From assembly GCF_001194135.2 (NCBI RefSeq), contig NC_068985.1:121755096-121819095 (forward strand): DNA of 64,000 nucleotides, written 5' to 3'. The notes under the pieces were generated by a model. It was not told the origin of the DNA. It worked only from the letters and a program-made list of their open reading frames with translations, and made no database searches. Positions 12,963 to 24,900 of this stretch are shown here, one piece after another. Source of the stretch: Octopus bimaculoides (Eukaryota). Positions within the stretch are counted from its first letter, which is position 1. Each line of letters opens with the position of its first letter. The translations under genes and the position numbers were made by a program.

Positions 12963-14167
12963 GGACATCTTGAAATTAAGGCAACCAAAGTTTTAGGCTT
13001 TAATAACTACCAATAAATATGATATGATATGAAAATTATACTTCATTATGAAAGCTTAGTGTATCTTCTTTTTGTTTCAGCCGAAATAAATTCAGATATA
13101 CAAATTAGATAATGGCTATAGACTGAAATACAATCATAACCCTCTACAAAGGGGGTGAAAGTAATACAGCTATAGCAAAAAAGCTTCAAATTAACTGAGC
13201 AAGTCTGGAAAATTGCCAAGAAATTTCAAGAGACTGGTTCCATTGCTGATCGACCTGAATGTGGCTGAAAAAGAAGTGTGCAGACCCCTCAGCTTAACAA
13301 AAGTACCAGAGAAAAGATACAGCAAAATCCTTGTCATTCTGTCAGAAAACTGACCGTCACAAAAAAAAAAATAAGTTGAACATTGATGTATCAAGTGCTG
13401 AAGGAGGATCTCAAGACCCACCCCTGCAAGATGATCAGCCACCATGAAGTCACACAAGTTTATAAGGCCATGAGACTGGAGAGAAGTTGTCTTATCCTGC
13501 ATCAGATTGCTGAATGCACACTGCCCAACCTACTGTTCACTGATGAAAATAAATTTGACATCAGACAGCAAACCACTTTTATGACCAACTTTGGAGTATA
13601 TCTGGCTCCATCAAGGTTAGACTCAAAAATCAAAATCAAAATCTAGTCAATAATGGTTTGGGTGTCTCACATTTTTGTGCCCTTGGGTTTTAAAATGAAC
13701 ACTATGCAATACATGAGCAACATTCTGGAAGCTGAATTGCTTCCATGGGTGAATGAGCACTTTCAAGGTACACCTTGGAGCCATCAAGATTTGGCTTCAT
13801 CCTACAGCTACATTCAGACACAACACTAGATTCAGAAAAACATATCATTGTTCATAAGCAAGGATGTATGGCCCTCAAGAAGCCCTAATCTCAACCTGTT
13901 GGAGTTTTCTGTTCTGTCCATTTTGGAGACGAAGATCTCAAGCATCACTCTGAAGGCAAAACCGTACCAGGAATAGGCTTCGATCTCACAAGAACAGATG
14001 CATGTGAAGCATTCACACTTAGACTTAAGGCTGAGATTCAAAATAGAAGTGGTCACATTGAATAAATGTGGTAGGGTCATAATTGTTTCCTTAACTATTG
14101 CATTGCAACAATATTTTACTTTGGCAAAATTGAAAACGCTGGTTGCATTAATTTTGAGATACACCAT
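12961..14167 (+). mobile_element. Degenerate near-full-length Tc1/mariner element (maT/DD37D-like)
   Basis: Degenerate TIRs (atcttgaaattaaggcaacca / tggttgcattaattttgagat); transposase relics LLFTDENKF and WPSRSPNLNLLEFSVLSILE; many frameshifts. Confidence 0.8.
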
Positions 14168-14184
14168 GTTTGTATGTATGTGTA

Positions 14185-14216
<32 letters not shown>

Positions 14217-16739
14217 GGACTTCCATTTGTTAAATCTGATCATGCATCTGCACAATTATGGACCTGGGTAAGGTTGAAGAAGGTAAACAGTTTCCCATTC
14301 TACCATTGTTTATCTCAGGGAAAGGGCACCAGCCTGGGCTCACACACCTTAACAGTGTTGTCACAGCAATGCCATCAGAAAGAAAAGAGATAACTTAAGG
14401 TATTTTCAATTTTGTTAATCCAATGCCCTAAATTGTTATGCATTCTACATTTTTATTAAACTCAGAATGAAAGGCAAAGGTGACTTTAGTAGCACAATTT
14501 CAGAATAAAAAGCCAGAGAAAAAAAATAGCAGATGGTATTCTAACTCTAATGACTGTCGATTTACTGCCTTGAATTGTTGTATATTGAAAATTTTTCATC
14601 TCAGAAATTCAGGTAAAATTAAAAAATAATGGCCAAATTTTCCTCAAGTTACAATCTGCTGTCTTAAAAGAAGGTTGTGTAGTCCTCAGCATCCTTTGTT
14701 CTAACATCCACTTTCCTATGCTTGCATGGATCAGATAGAGTTTATTGAGGCAAATTTTCTATGGTTTAATGCCCTTCCTGTAATCAACCTTCACTTGTTT
14801 CAAGCAAGGTAATATTCCCATTTGGCCAGACATGTTTTTACAGTATATGAATGACTACTTGTGTGACTGACATTAATTTACAACTGCTATGTAATGGCAA
14901 GATAAGGAGACAGAAATATACATGTGCATGTATGTATATATAATCAACATTTGGTCACTTCACAAAAGAACTCAAAAAAGATTTGGTAGATGGAAACTGA
15001 ATAAGCATTGTGTGTATACACACACAAACGACAGGCTTTTTTTCAATTTCCATCTACCAAATCTACTCACTGATAGATACCAATTATAATGAACATTCAC
15101 CTGATTCATTTGACAACAAATGGGTTTACAAAAGAAAAAGATAGCTAACAAGGGAACTGCTACTTGGTCACGAGTTACAAAAATAATTTCAAATCATAAC
15201 TTACCATCTTAAAAAAAAAAAATTAAAAAAAAAACCACAAATAAGATGGGTGAATGAAACATGGTCAGAACATTGAACATAATCCTTCTTGATTAAACCT
15301 AACCTGGAATTAAACAACAATAGTAACATTCACAAGAACAGTGATGTGAAATGAAGTTTGCTTCATAACCACATGCTTTTGAGTACTATTTCAGCATGGC
15401 ACCTCAAGCATTGTGGTTGGAATTGTTACACAGAAACTGTATGGAAGCCTACAGTATAACTACACCCCACCTTTGTTCATAACTCACAATATTCACCTCT
15501 ATACCCATCTTTATCCATTTGTTACTACTCTCACTCTGTATCCTCTTAACCTCACCATTTTGTACCTTGAGGGTTTGCTCTAGCACCCCATCACTACCTG
15601 TTACCTCTGCTATAGCAAGGCAACTGTGCTTGACCCTCTGTCATACCTTAACTTTTCAACACCTGGCATAAAGTCATCCACCTTCACCTTCCCTCCTAGT
15701 AGAACCTCATTAGTATGTGGCACACACACACACACACACACACAAAATCTACTGCACTCTGAAAATGGTTGGTATTAGGAAGAGCAACCAGCTGTAGAGA
15801 GACTATGGCAGCATAGAAAGCAGACATTACACACACAGCTCTATAATTTTGAAGTGCTAGTGAGATACAGAAAAGGCCTTAGCATGAAAAATGGACTAAT
15901 GAGTTGCTAAAGTTACAATTATCCTTTTGGGTTGGTAAAATCCACAAATAGTTTTCTCCAGGTATCTCTAGATCATCTCATATTTTTAACAATTCAGAAA
16001 GTAAAAACAAAATATAATCATGAAGCCTTGGGAATCTTGATCAAATTACAATGTTCATAGCAGGGACACCATTAATTTAGGTTTTGCTTTGTTGCATTTA
16101 CATTTTTCCAGCTTATGCCCCAACTGTCCTGTGTGCTCTGACTAGACATAGCATATAACTATATGTTACAGTGTACCCAGTTGATAAGCTTCACTTTAAT
16201 CTAAAACAGTAAAAAGAAACAACACAAAGGAAAACAAAACAAAACAAAAAGCACACGGCCTGAAATTTTGTGGGGGTAACATTTGATTATGTTAACCCCA
16301 ATACTTGATGGTATTTTATTTTATTGATACCAGAAGGCTGGAAGGTAAGACAACAGTGGATTTGAACTCAGAACATGTGCCAGGTAAAAAAATTTTGTTA
16401 CATATAATAACTGTTTTTAAATAGACAGGTCTCGCATTTGATGAAGTAGCAAACAGTTCATTCTATCATCCCCAGTATTTGACAAGTAATTAATTTGATC
16501 AACTCCAGAATAACGAAAGGCAAAGCTGAGTTGATCTTAAGATTTGAACTCAAAATGTTAACAGTCAGAACAAATACTCGATGACATTTTTGACTGATGC
16601 TCTACCAATTCCACAAACCTATTACTCTCTAAAACAATAAATAATCAAAACAAAAGAGAAAAGTTTATATAACTAAAGCCAGGTGGTTGACTGATAATTC
16701 CATAATATTGGCTGTCTTAATCACTGAATTAAATGGTTT

Positions 16740-17727
16740 ATAATATTTATTTTGAAAGGAATATCATGAACAAATTAATGTAACCAGTGATTGTTACGAA
16801 GAAGAGGAATTTATTTCCAGTGATGTAAATATACTTTATAAGCAAGAAAAGAGGTAATTGAAGGCAATCAGCTTAGTAAATACTGAGATTTTTTTTCATA
16901 GTTTTCTTTATTTCATCAAAACAAAAGATACAATGCTGACCATCATCACTGCCAAAGTTTAGAGAGAAGAAAAGAGAAAGAGAGAGGGAGACAGGATTCA
17001 GCTATTACAATAATATAAATTTTGTTATTGCATGATTAGTAAAATGAGAATCTCTAGAAGGAAATTCACTGGTCTGTCCCAATAATGATTATAAAGGAGC
17101 TGTAATTTCATGATCTAACATTATCTGAACAGAAAGAAATGGTTCAAGGTATATTTTTAACAATAATAGAAAGGTGGTGGGGGGAGGGCAATAAAGAAAG
17201 GAGGAAGGGAGAAAGAGTGATAGAGAAAAGCTAACATTCAGCATAAATAAATGGACAGCATACCATGATTCAAAAAGCATCTTTTGAATGGCATTTAAGC
17301 AAAGAGAAAAAGCACAAAAATATAGCTTTTGAAATTGAAATGAAAATAAAGTGTTTTAAATTTTGTTTTTCTTTGTATATGAAATGACAGAGATTGGTCT
17401 GTAAGTGAACAGCAAGGTAGTCCATGTTTGTGGAGGCTACACACTGCCAATTGTTAACCCACAGAAAAGAAAGGAATTCTATATTGAAAGTGGACTTCAT
17501 TAGAAACAGCAGAGGAAGGGTAGAAAATTGTGCAAATTGTCAATTTTTTTTTCTTCTATCTTCTTTTTCTATCATGCAGCAGAATAAAATTATAAAAAAA
17601 TATTAAAAAAAAAAATAAAAAATTGAGAAGCTGAAATTACATGATTTTTAGCTGAATCATTCCATTTTTTGATCTTAAAAATTATATAGCATAATGTGAA
17701 ATGGAAATTAGTGATTTTTGTTAGAGT
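16740..17727 (-). other. Probable RhoGDI 3' UTR
   Basis: Repeat-free sequence after the stop, with minus-strand AATAAA at about 16912-16907 and 16751-16746; repeats resume below about 16620. The 3' end is inferred. Confidence 0.45.
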
Positions 17728-17924
17728 TTATTTCCATTCTTTCGTGATCTCAAAAGCCCATTCCCATTTGAGATACTCAATACCATCATCATCAACAAAT
17801 TTACTGCGCACAGTGTAAGTACCACGGCTAATCAATCCAGATGGAGCATCTTCACTAGGCGTCAAATAACTTACGAGATCTTTAGAAGGACCATAGCTCC
17901 CCACCATGTGGTTGAAGTTATCAA
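17728..17924 (-). CDS. RhoGDI: RhoGDI coding exon 4 (VDNFNHMVGSYGPSKDLVSYLTPSEDAPSGLISRGTYTVRSKFVDDDGIEYLKWEWAFEITKEWK*)
   Basis: MVGSYGP, TP-E-AP-G--SRG-Y-V-SKF-DDD and W-W-F-I-KEW are the canonical RhoGDI C-terminus. Acceptor tatttcAG, stop TAA at 17730-17728. Confidence 0.96.
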
Positions 17925-18454
17925 CTGAAATAAATAAGATAAAATATGTAACTATTTGTGAAAATAATACAAAATATATCTTTTCCAAACAATAATCTTC
18001 AATTTTTATTAATTTCACTTCTCTAAGGACCTCATTCATTTCTAAATTCTGTTATCCACCCAGCTGCTTCTTAGGCATCCTTCAAACTGTCAGAAGACAA
18101 CAGACGGCTCAAAATAAAGAAATACCAATTAATCATTGATATTGTAAAACTTTCGATTTTATCTCCTACTGTAAATTTATTTCAAGTAGAAAGATCATAA
18201 TCTGCTATGATTTCCACAATTAGATGGTGACACTCACCAAGTTTATATAGAAAGGAACAAGTGATTAATGGCAGGGGCATCAACATTTTATCATAGAAAT
18301 ACCTGAGCTCAGTGATGTTATCTGTCTTGTCCAGTGGAAGATTTCAGCTAAGCTGTGAATTCTACCCCGTTGTATGTATGACACCTTGGGAAAATGCCTT
18401 GTGAGTAGAACTGTTATACAGAAAGTGTGTGGAAGCCCTTCTCACATGCATGTG

Positions 18455-18865
18455 TATCATCATCATTGTTTTAACGTCCACTTTTCCGTGCTTGCATGGG
18501 TCAGATGATATCTGCTTAGATTTTCAAAAGCAAGATGCTTTTCCTGTCACCAACCCTAATGTTTCCAAGCAAGGTAATATTTCCCTTAGTCCTTTGAACA
18601 AGAAAAAACAATGACCAAACGTTTTTTCACAGAAGATTGCAAACAAACAGCAGCAGTTGCATGATGGTGGATTTTGTTTACAATTAGTACAATGTCAAAA
18701 CATAGAGGCAATGGGCTTCTTTCATTTTCCATCTACCAAATTCACCAACAAGACTTCGACTGGCCTGGGTCTATAAAAGACACTCGAATAAGTTGCCATG
18801 GAGGGGGAATGAACCTAAAACCACATGGTTGTGAAGCAAACTTCTTAACCACATAGCCATGCCAA
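18455..18865 (-). mobile_element. tRNA-headed SINE with RTE-derived 3' tail
   Basis: Head ggctatgtggttaagaagtttgcttcacaaccatgtgg; tail catgcaagcacggaaaagtggacgttaaaacaatgatgatga matches the RTE 3' end. Relatives near 10590-10930, 14690-15070 and 27655-27880. Confidence 0.8.
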
Positions 18866-19638
18866 GGTGCATGTGTCAGTGTTTACATTCTTGTCTTCAC
18901 ATAAAAACCATTCAGCAAATTGATGACATAGGCTTAAATTTCATGTTACCAATGTACTATAGCTCAGAAATTTTGAAGAGTAGGGCAATAAAAAGAAAAT
19001 CCTTTACTTCAAGGCAAGGGAAGGGTGAGTAACAGGAAGAACATCTAGCTATAAAACAATATTTCAGCAATAAGCTTGTCTAACCCATATTAGCAGGGAA
19101 AAATGAATGCAAATAACCGAACAAATTCACTGCAAGATAATGCAATAATGATATAAATAAACTTGCTGACTGAAGCATGTCTTAATAGCTATTTTACATG
19201 TAAGATTCTGGGATACTTTGTGAGTTAGGTTTTATGCCAGGAAAATGACCACAGAGGAAACAAGAAACAAAATCTTTAATATAGCTCATTCAGTCAAAAA
19301 TGCCTGCTTTAAATACAGGAACCACTTAAGATTATCTGAAGTAAAAAGCTAACAAGAACTTGACCAAACAATATTCAATAACAAAATGGAACACTATGTT
19401 TATCATTTTAATGTCCACCTTTTCATGCTTTTGTGGGTCACATGAAACCCATTGAATCCTTTTACTGTAGATGTTAATCCACTCAGTTTCATTATCCATA
19501 ACTATGGAAAGTGGTTTTATATATCAACCTATCTTTTGCTGAGGAATGTAGTGTTTGAAACTAGTGTTGGAATATTTGAAGTTTGAGGCAACATGATACG
19601 TAGAAAACACAAATTCTAATTTTTGGTAGATATTTAAC

Positions 19639-20197
19639 CAGGCTCCAATCTGGTTTGGCAGAGTTTCTACAGCTAGATGCCCTTCCTAACGCCAACCACT
19701 CCGAGAGTGTAGTGGGTGCTTTTACGTGCCACCAGCACGAAGGCCAGTCAGGCGGTACTGGCAACGGCCACACTCAAAATGGTGTATTTTACATGCCACC
19801 TGCACGAGAGCCAGTCCAGCGGCACTGGCAACGATCTCGCTCGAATGACTTTTCACATGCCACCAGCACAAGTGCCAGGAAGGCGACGCTGGTAACGATC
19901 ACGCTCGAACGGTGGTGCCATCACGATTTCGCTTTTGCTTGCCCCAACAGGTCTTCGCAAGCCGAGTTTAGTGTCCAATGAAGGAAAGGTACGTATAAGT
20001 GGGCTGGCTACATCCCTGGCAGAGGCCTTGGATTTTGGTCTCACTTGGCTTGCCGGGTCTTCTCACGCACAGCATATTTCCAAAGGTCTCGGTCAGAAGT
20101 CAGATTGGAGATTGGTGTAGCCATCTGGTTCAACAGTCCTTTGTCAAATCGTCCAACCCATGCTAGCTTGGAAAGCGGACGTTAAACGATGATGATG
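19639..20197. mobile_element. RTE-like 3' fragment with 5' inversion
   Basis: 19639-20095 is antisense RTE 3' region; about 20096-20197 is the sense terminus with (GAT)n. Flanked by direct ATTTAAC. Confidence 0.8.
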
Positions 20198-20539
20198 ATT
20201 TAACATCATTAGTGAAATAACCATGAAATTTAATTTCACAGTTAAAGGATTAAAGGTTCTGAGATTGTAAATTTTACTTGTAAGAGAGAGGGACTTGTGT
20301 TCTGGTCAATTTCAACAAATTTTTGCAATCAACAAATCTATAACCGTTTTGAGGAAGCTGAGATATCTATGTCTATCACTGAAATACATAATCTTTTCTC
20401 ATCTAGAGAAAAAAAGTAGTTTTGTCCAATACAATATAGATTTAGCACCCAGTGTTAGTAGGTTGCTAAACATTAAAAATGAAAATGTAGAAAAACCAGC
20501 TAGAACTATAAAAGGAAAATTACAATAAATCATACATAC

Positions 20540-20680
20540 CTCTGATACCTTTACGATAGACAGTTTGGTAATAATTCAAACCACAGACAATGTCTCGTTG
20601 AACATAAAAATCAATCTGCATTCGATATTTGCAACCTTCTTTTATAACAAATGCATTTTTACAGAGTTTGCTCAGATCAC
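20540..20680 (-). CDS. RhoGDI: RhoGDI coding exon 3 (DLSKLCKNAFVIKEGCKYRMQIDFYVQRDIVCGLNYYQTVYRKGIR)
   Basis: F-IKEG--YR--I-F-V-R-IV-GL-Y-Q--YRKG is the RhoGDI Ig-like fold signature. Acceptor ttttttcAG, donor GTATGT, 141 nt. Confidence 0.95.
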
Positions 20681-21274
20681 CTGAAAAAATATAGAGAACA
20701 ACATAAAACTAAATTACAGAAACCTATGCAATCACCAACTAATAGTGCATGCTTTTAACAGCTAATTGCTATTTTTAGTGTCAATTAGATATGTAGACAT
20801 GGAAAGAATTGAGCTTTGTCAAACAAAGTAATAGTAATGCAAAATTTGCACCAATGGATAACCTACTCATCAAATTAACATGTAAATTGGCTGAGTATTC
20901 CACAGACATGTACTCTTAATATGATTATATGGTGGAATCAATGCAACACAAATTGGACTCTTGAGCTATAAGTACAACCCATGTAACAAGTTTCTCAAAA
21001 AGGTTACATTTGGCTAAATTCATTCAGAAGGCTTGGGTCAATCTGAGATTATGGTAATTGCACTTGCAACAGTGAGATTGAATTTTGGGTTGAATCATGA
21101 TTGCAATGTGAACTTCTTAACTGTGTAAATATGTCTGCATCCACTAATAATGAAGTACACATCACACACACACAGTGAACTGGCAGAGCTGTTAAGAGTG
21201 AATGCCTAGTTCTTTGCAAACTGTTACCATTTGCCTTTCATCCTTCTGAAGTTCATAAAATATACCACAGGAAA

Positions 21275-21535
21275 TACAGTTCTATATTTAAGAGATGAGG
21301 AATTATGTACATTATTTACAATTGACAGATATTTGTCCTCATCTTGTTTATTGTTTATTGTTAACACAACATTTCGGTTGACATACCCTCCAGCCTTCAT
21401 CAGGTGTCTTGGGGAAATTTCGAACTTGGGTTCTCATTCCTAAGGTATTTCTTTATGTTGTTGTTATTATTATCATTATTCAGGTCACTACTTAGAATCG
21501 AACTCAGAATCTTGGGGTTAGTAGCCAAATTCTCA
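21275..21535 (-). mobile_element. Penelope/retrozyme-like hammerhead repeat, sibling of 62172-62397
   Basis: Reverse-complement match to 62262-62397 (tacagttctatatttaagagatgaggaa...ccagccttcatcaggtgtc), plus additional 5' sequence. Confidence 0.7.
21363..21408 (-). ncRNA. Degenerate hammerhead motif (same family as 62262-62307)
   Basis: gacac-CTGATGA-a-GGCTG...CAACC-GAAAT-GTT-gtgtt: one stem II mismatch and GAAAC changed to GAAAT. Confidence 0.5.
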
Positions 21536-22294
21536 AAGTATTCAACACCACTAAAACCAACACTATGGCTGGGCTGCGATATGTTGATGACACCTTCATA
21601 CTCTGGCCCCACCACTGCCTATGTATGTGTGCAAATGCAATAAACGCTGTTAACCCATTTAAAGGAAAACGAAAAAATGTGTTATGTATTTTAAATAGAT
21701 CTAAGCTAACAGTCAGTGTTTTTAACTCAATGTAAAACAGCAGTTGGTGTATCCTGTGTAGTGTAATACTAAATCCCAAAGGAAATAAATTTAAAAAAAA
21801 AAAAATTTATAAAGAAAATTTATAAATTAAAAAAAAAAAAGAAAATTTATAAAGTGTGAATGAGACAAACAGTGATGGTAAGTGAAAGATCTATATTTCA
21901 GTCTACAAGTTCAACAAACTGTTGTTTGGTTGATTGACAAAAAAATAGTTCCAAAATGTGCTCAAATTTGTAACTTCCTTAGCTACCAAATATGAGACAG
22001 TGTGGATCTCAAAATTCCTCAGTATATGGGCACTATTTAAATTACTATTACAAAAAAAAAAAAAAACATATGGTATTGCTTATGGGAAATGCCCAAGAGA
22101 AAGTGCAATAATTTTTAATTTTCCCTTCAATTAAAATAAAATTTGATTGAAAAAAAAAATTACTTCTAAGAGAGTCTGACATCATCCCATGCTTTAGTGC
22201 CGGATGTTTACACTCCAGCCTAAATGTAGCATGCAAAGATGAGGAGGAGAAAGAAATGGAAAAGAAAAAAAATTAGAAAATTCATATAAAATTG

Positions 22295-22334
<40 letters not shown>

Positions 22335-22363
22335 ACAACTGTCAAATTATCCTGAAACTTTAC

Positions 22364-22447
22364 CTATGAGTGAAATAACTACATCTGGTCTTGAATCTAC
22401 TTTTAATATCAGTTTTTGCAGAATTACTTTGTTTGGATTATCAGGAT
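22364..22447 (-). CDS. RhoGDI: RhoGDI coding exon 2 (YPDNPNKVILQKLILKVDSRPDVVISLIG)
   Basis: Not in the ORF track; translated by hand. Acceptor ttttcAG, donor GTAAAG, 84 nt keeps frame; aligns to the DPNVPNVVV...LDLTG segment of RhoGDI. Confidence 0.9.
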
Positions 22448-23269
22448 CTGAAAATAAATAAATAAATAAATACAATAAAAAACTGTTTTGATGAAGGGTT
22501 GGCAGCAAGAAGTTAACAGGAAAGGGTTGGCTACTGGTTGTTAAAATCTTGTCTCACTTACCTCCCAAATAAGCTACATTAACAGAGAAAAAAACCCAGA
22601 CATTAAGTGAAATAAATGATCTTATGACAGATCAAAGACATGATTAGTTTCCATCCATAAATCAGTAAACAAAACCGCCTCTAAAAGAGAACTGGTTTTG
22701 AAAATATCCAGGTCAATTTTTCTTTTTATCTCTCATGAATTGCTACATGTTAACATTTCTTTGAATTGTTTATGACAGGTTTTATATTTAAGACAGTAGC
22801 CATCCTTAGAGAAGTGGGAAAGTCAACTCCCCTCCTCCCCAAACATTTTAAATACTAAATGTTTGTATAAAACATTTGCTGTATCTAGTAGACATGGAGG
22901 AGCAGGAAATGGTGAAAGACAATCAACTCAGCCTTTATATCTTTAACCACCATAGTGTTCGGACCAGCCAAAACCAGTTGAAAATAATTCACCTTTATTT
23001 ACAGCCAAATCTGACTGTATCTGATTCCTCTACAAAATTGCTAAAAATAAAAAAATCACGTCATTGAATTCTTGTAGCCTTGAGAATGCGAGATAAAGCC
23101 TTTCCTGCTTTTATTCAAATAAAAATACTGTGAAATTTTGGAGACTTCTTGGTTTTTCCAACATTTGAAGAGAAGTGTATATCTTAGTTTTAACGATATG
23201 GTGTCAGCAAGTAGCGATTAGTACTTTAAAGGTTTTACTCTTGATGTACAAAATATAAACACAAACAGT

Positions 23270-24900
23270 GATTTGTCTTTGGACGAATCTGATATTGATA
23301 TTTATGAATCTTCATTGGGTGAGGAAGATTTTGATAATGAAAGTGATGAAAATGATATCATAAACATTACGCCAACATGGTTGAAGATACATCAACCACA
23401 ATTCCCGAGTTCACAGAAAAGACTAGTCGACAACTCAGTTTACCCCCTTATGCTCAACCACTGGACTCTTCGTTTTTACGGAAAAGCACTTTTTGAAACT
23501 GTTGGCGGACCTGGTTTACAGTCACCCCATCCCCTAAACTGACCTTTCCAATTTTTTTTTCGCTGTAGGATTCCTATGTTTTAGATGACAGAGATTCCGA
23601 ATATGTAAAAAACCACGTTTTCAAAATTTTTAATACCCCTCCGCCACATTTTTAATTTTAAACTTTTTTTCAATCTACATGGAAAAATATGGATATTAAG
23701 AATATAGGGGGCGAAAAAGCAAAAGACAAATTTTAATTTAAAATTTTTAATGAAAAACTCCAAAATTGATCCATATCCTATCTCGTTGTCTAAAAATGAA
23801 AATGAACAGTTGTTTTGTCCGTTTCTGCATGTGCACATTTATAGTGAAACAGCAAAAGTACTACAGCATGTGAAGCTCTCACCACGAAACTCGATATTCT
23901 AAAAATAACAGCTAAATGTCTGGAGAATTTTTGCACTTGTGTGTGCACATGCAACAATTTCTATCGCTGTTATTTTTAGCATATCCAGTTTTGTGGTGAG
24001 AGCTTCACATACCGTGGTCTTTTGCTATTTCTCTAGAAATGTATGCATGCAGAAACGGACAACACAGCCGTTCATTTTCACTTTTAGACAGCGGGATGTG
24101 ATGTGGATCGATTTTGGAGTTTTTCATAAAAAATTTGAAATTAAATTTTGTTCTCCACCCCATATTCTTAATTGCTGTATTTTTCCATGTAGATAAAAAA
24201 AAAAAAAAAAATAAATAAAATTTTGAAAAAAGTTAATTAAAAATTGGGAGGGAATTAAAAATTTTGAAAACGTGGTTTCTCGCTTATTCGGAATCTCCCT
24301 CATTGAAAATCATCGAAAAGGTCAGTTGGGGTGGGGGTGGGGGGTGACTGTATGCCAGGTCCGCTCAAATAAATATGCTCAATGCATAATTTCTATTCAT
24401 AGAAGACCCAATCCACTTATGGCAGCCAACTGATATTGCAGAAATGTGAGCTCTTTTTTTACTATAAACATTAGGTTTGGTATCAAGCAGCTTACTCAAC
24501 TGTGGAACTACTGGAGTCCTGACATAAAGTATGGCAATCCATATACCTGCCACATTATATCTAACTATAGTTAATTCATATACTGTTTATGCAAAAAGCC
24601 ACCACCAAAGGACTATGACCATTTGAAATTTTGGGCTGACATCACATCTCAGTTACACGAAGGCTTTTCTTCCAGAAAGCACAGAACTGAGAGAAAAGCA
24701 AAATCAACAGAGGTGAATGTCAAAGAAAATATTGACTTCCATAAAGTGGGAAAAATAAATGGAAGGAAAAAAAAGTTTGCAGACTGTGTTTGCTGCAAAG
24801 AAGAAAATTTGCGAAAGACTATCAGGCCGAGACCTCACATGTATTTGTTTTGCAAAGTGCCTTTGTGTAAAGGGCTTTAGACAGTTTCACAATAGAAATA
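23270..24900 (+). mobile_element. piggyBac transposase relic interrupted by a nested DNA element
   Basis: Acidic N-terminal piece (23273-23500), LTIVNSYTVY (compare AIVNSYILY) and a C-terminal Cys-rich domain CVCC...CKVPLC...FH (24780-24890). Confidence 0.65.
23505..24364. mobile_element. Foldback non-autonomous DNA transposon (Kolobok-like, tentative)
   Basis: TIRs gcggacctgg--tacagtcacccc, ~280-bp imperfect inverted arms and an inner inverted pair. The class call rests only on the termini and a degraded TTAA-like flank. Confidence 0.7.

Noticed and set aside
18000-18260. Possible alternative RhoGDI splice sites (acceptor near 18090, GTGAGT donor near 18235)
   Set aside because: Use of the acceptor gives an immediate in-frame stop and no RhoGDI-like peptide; no further support.
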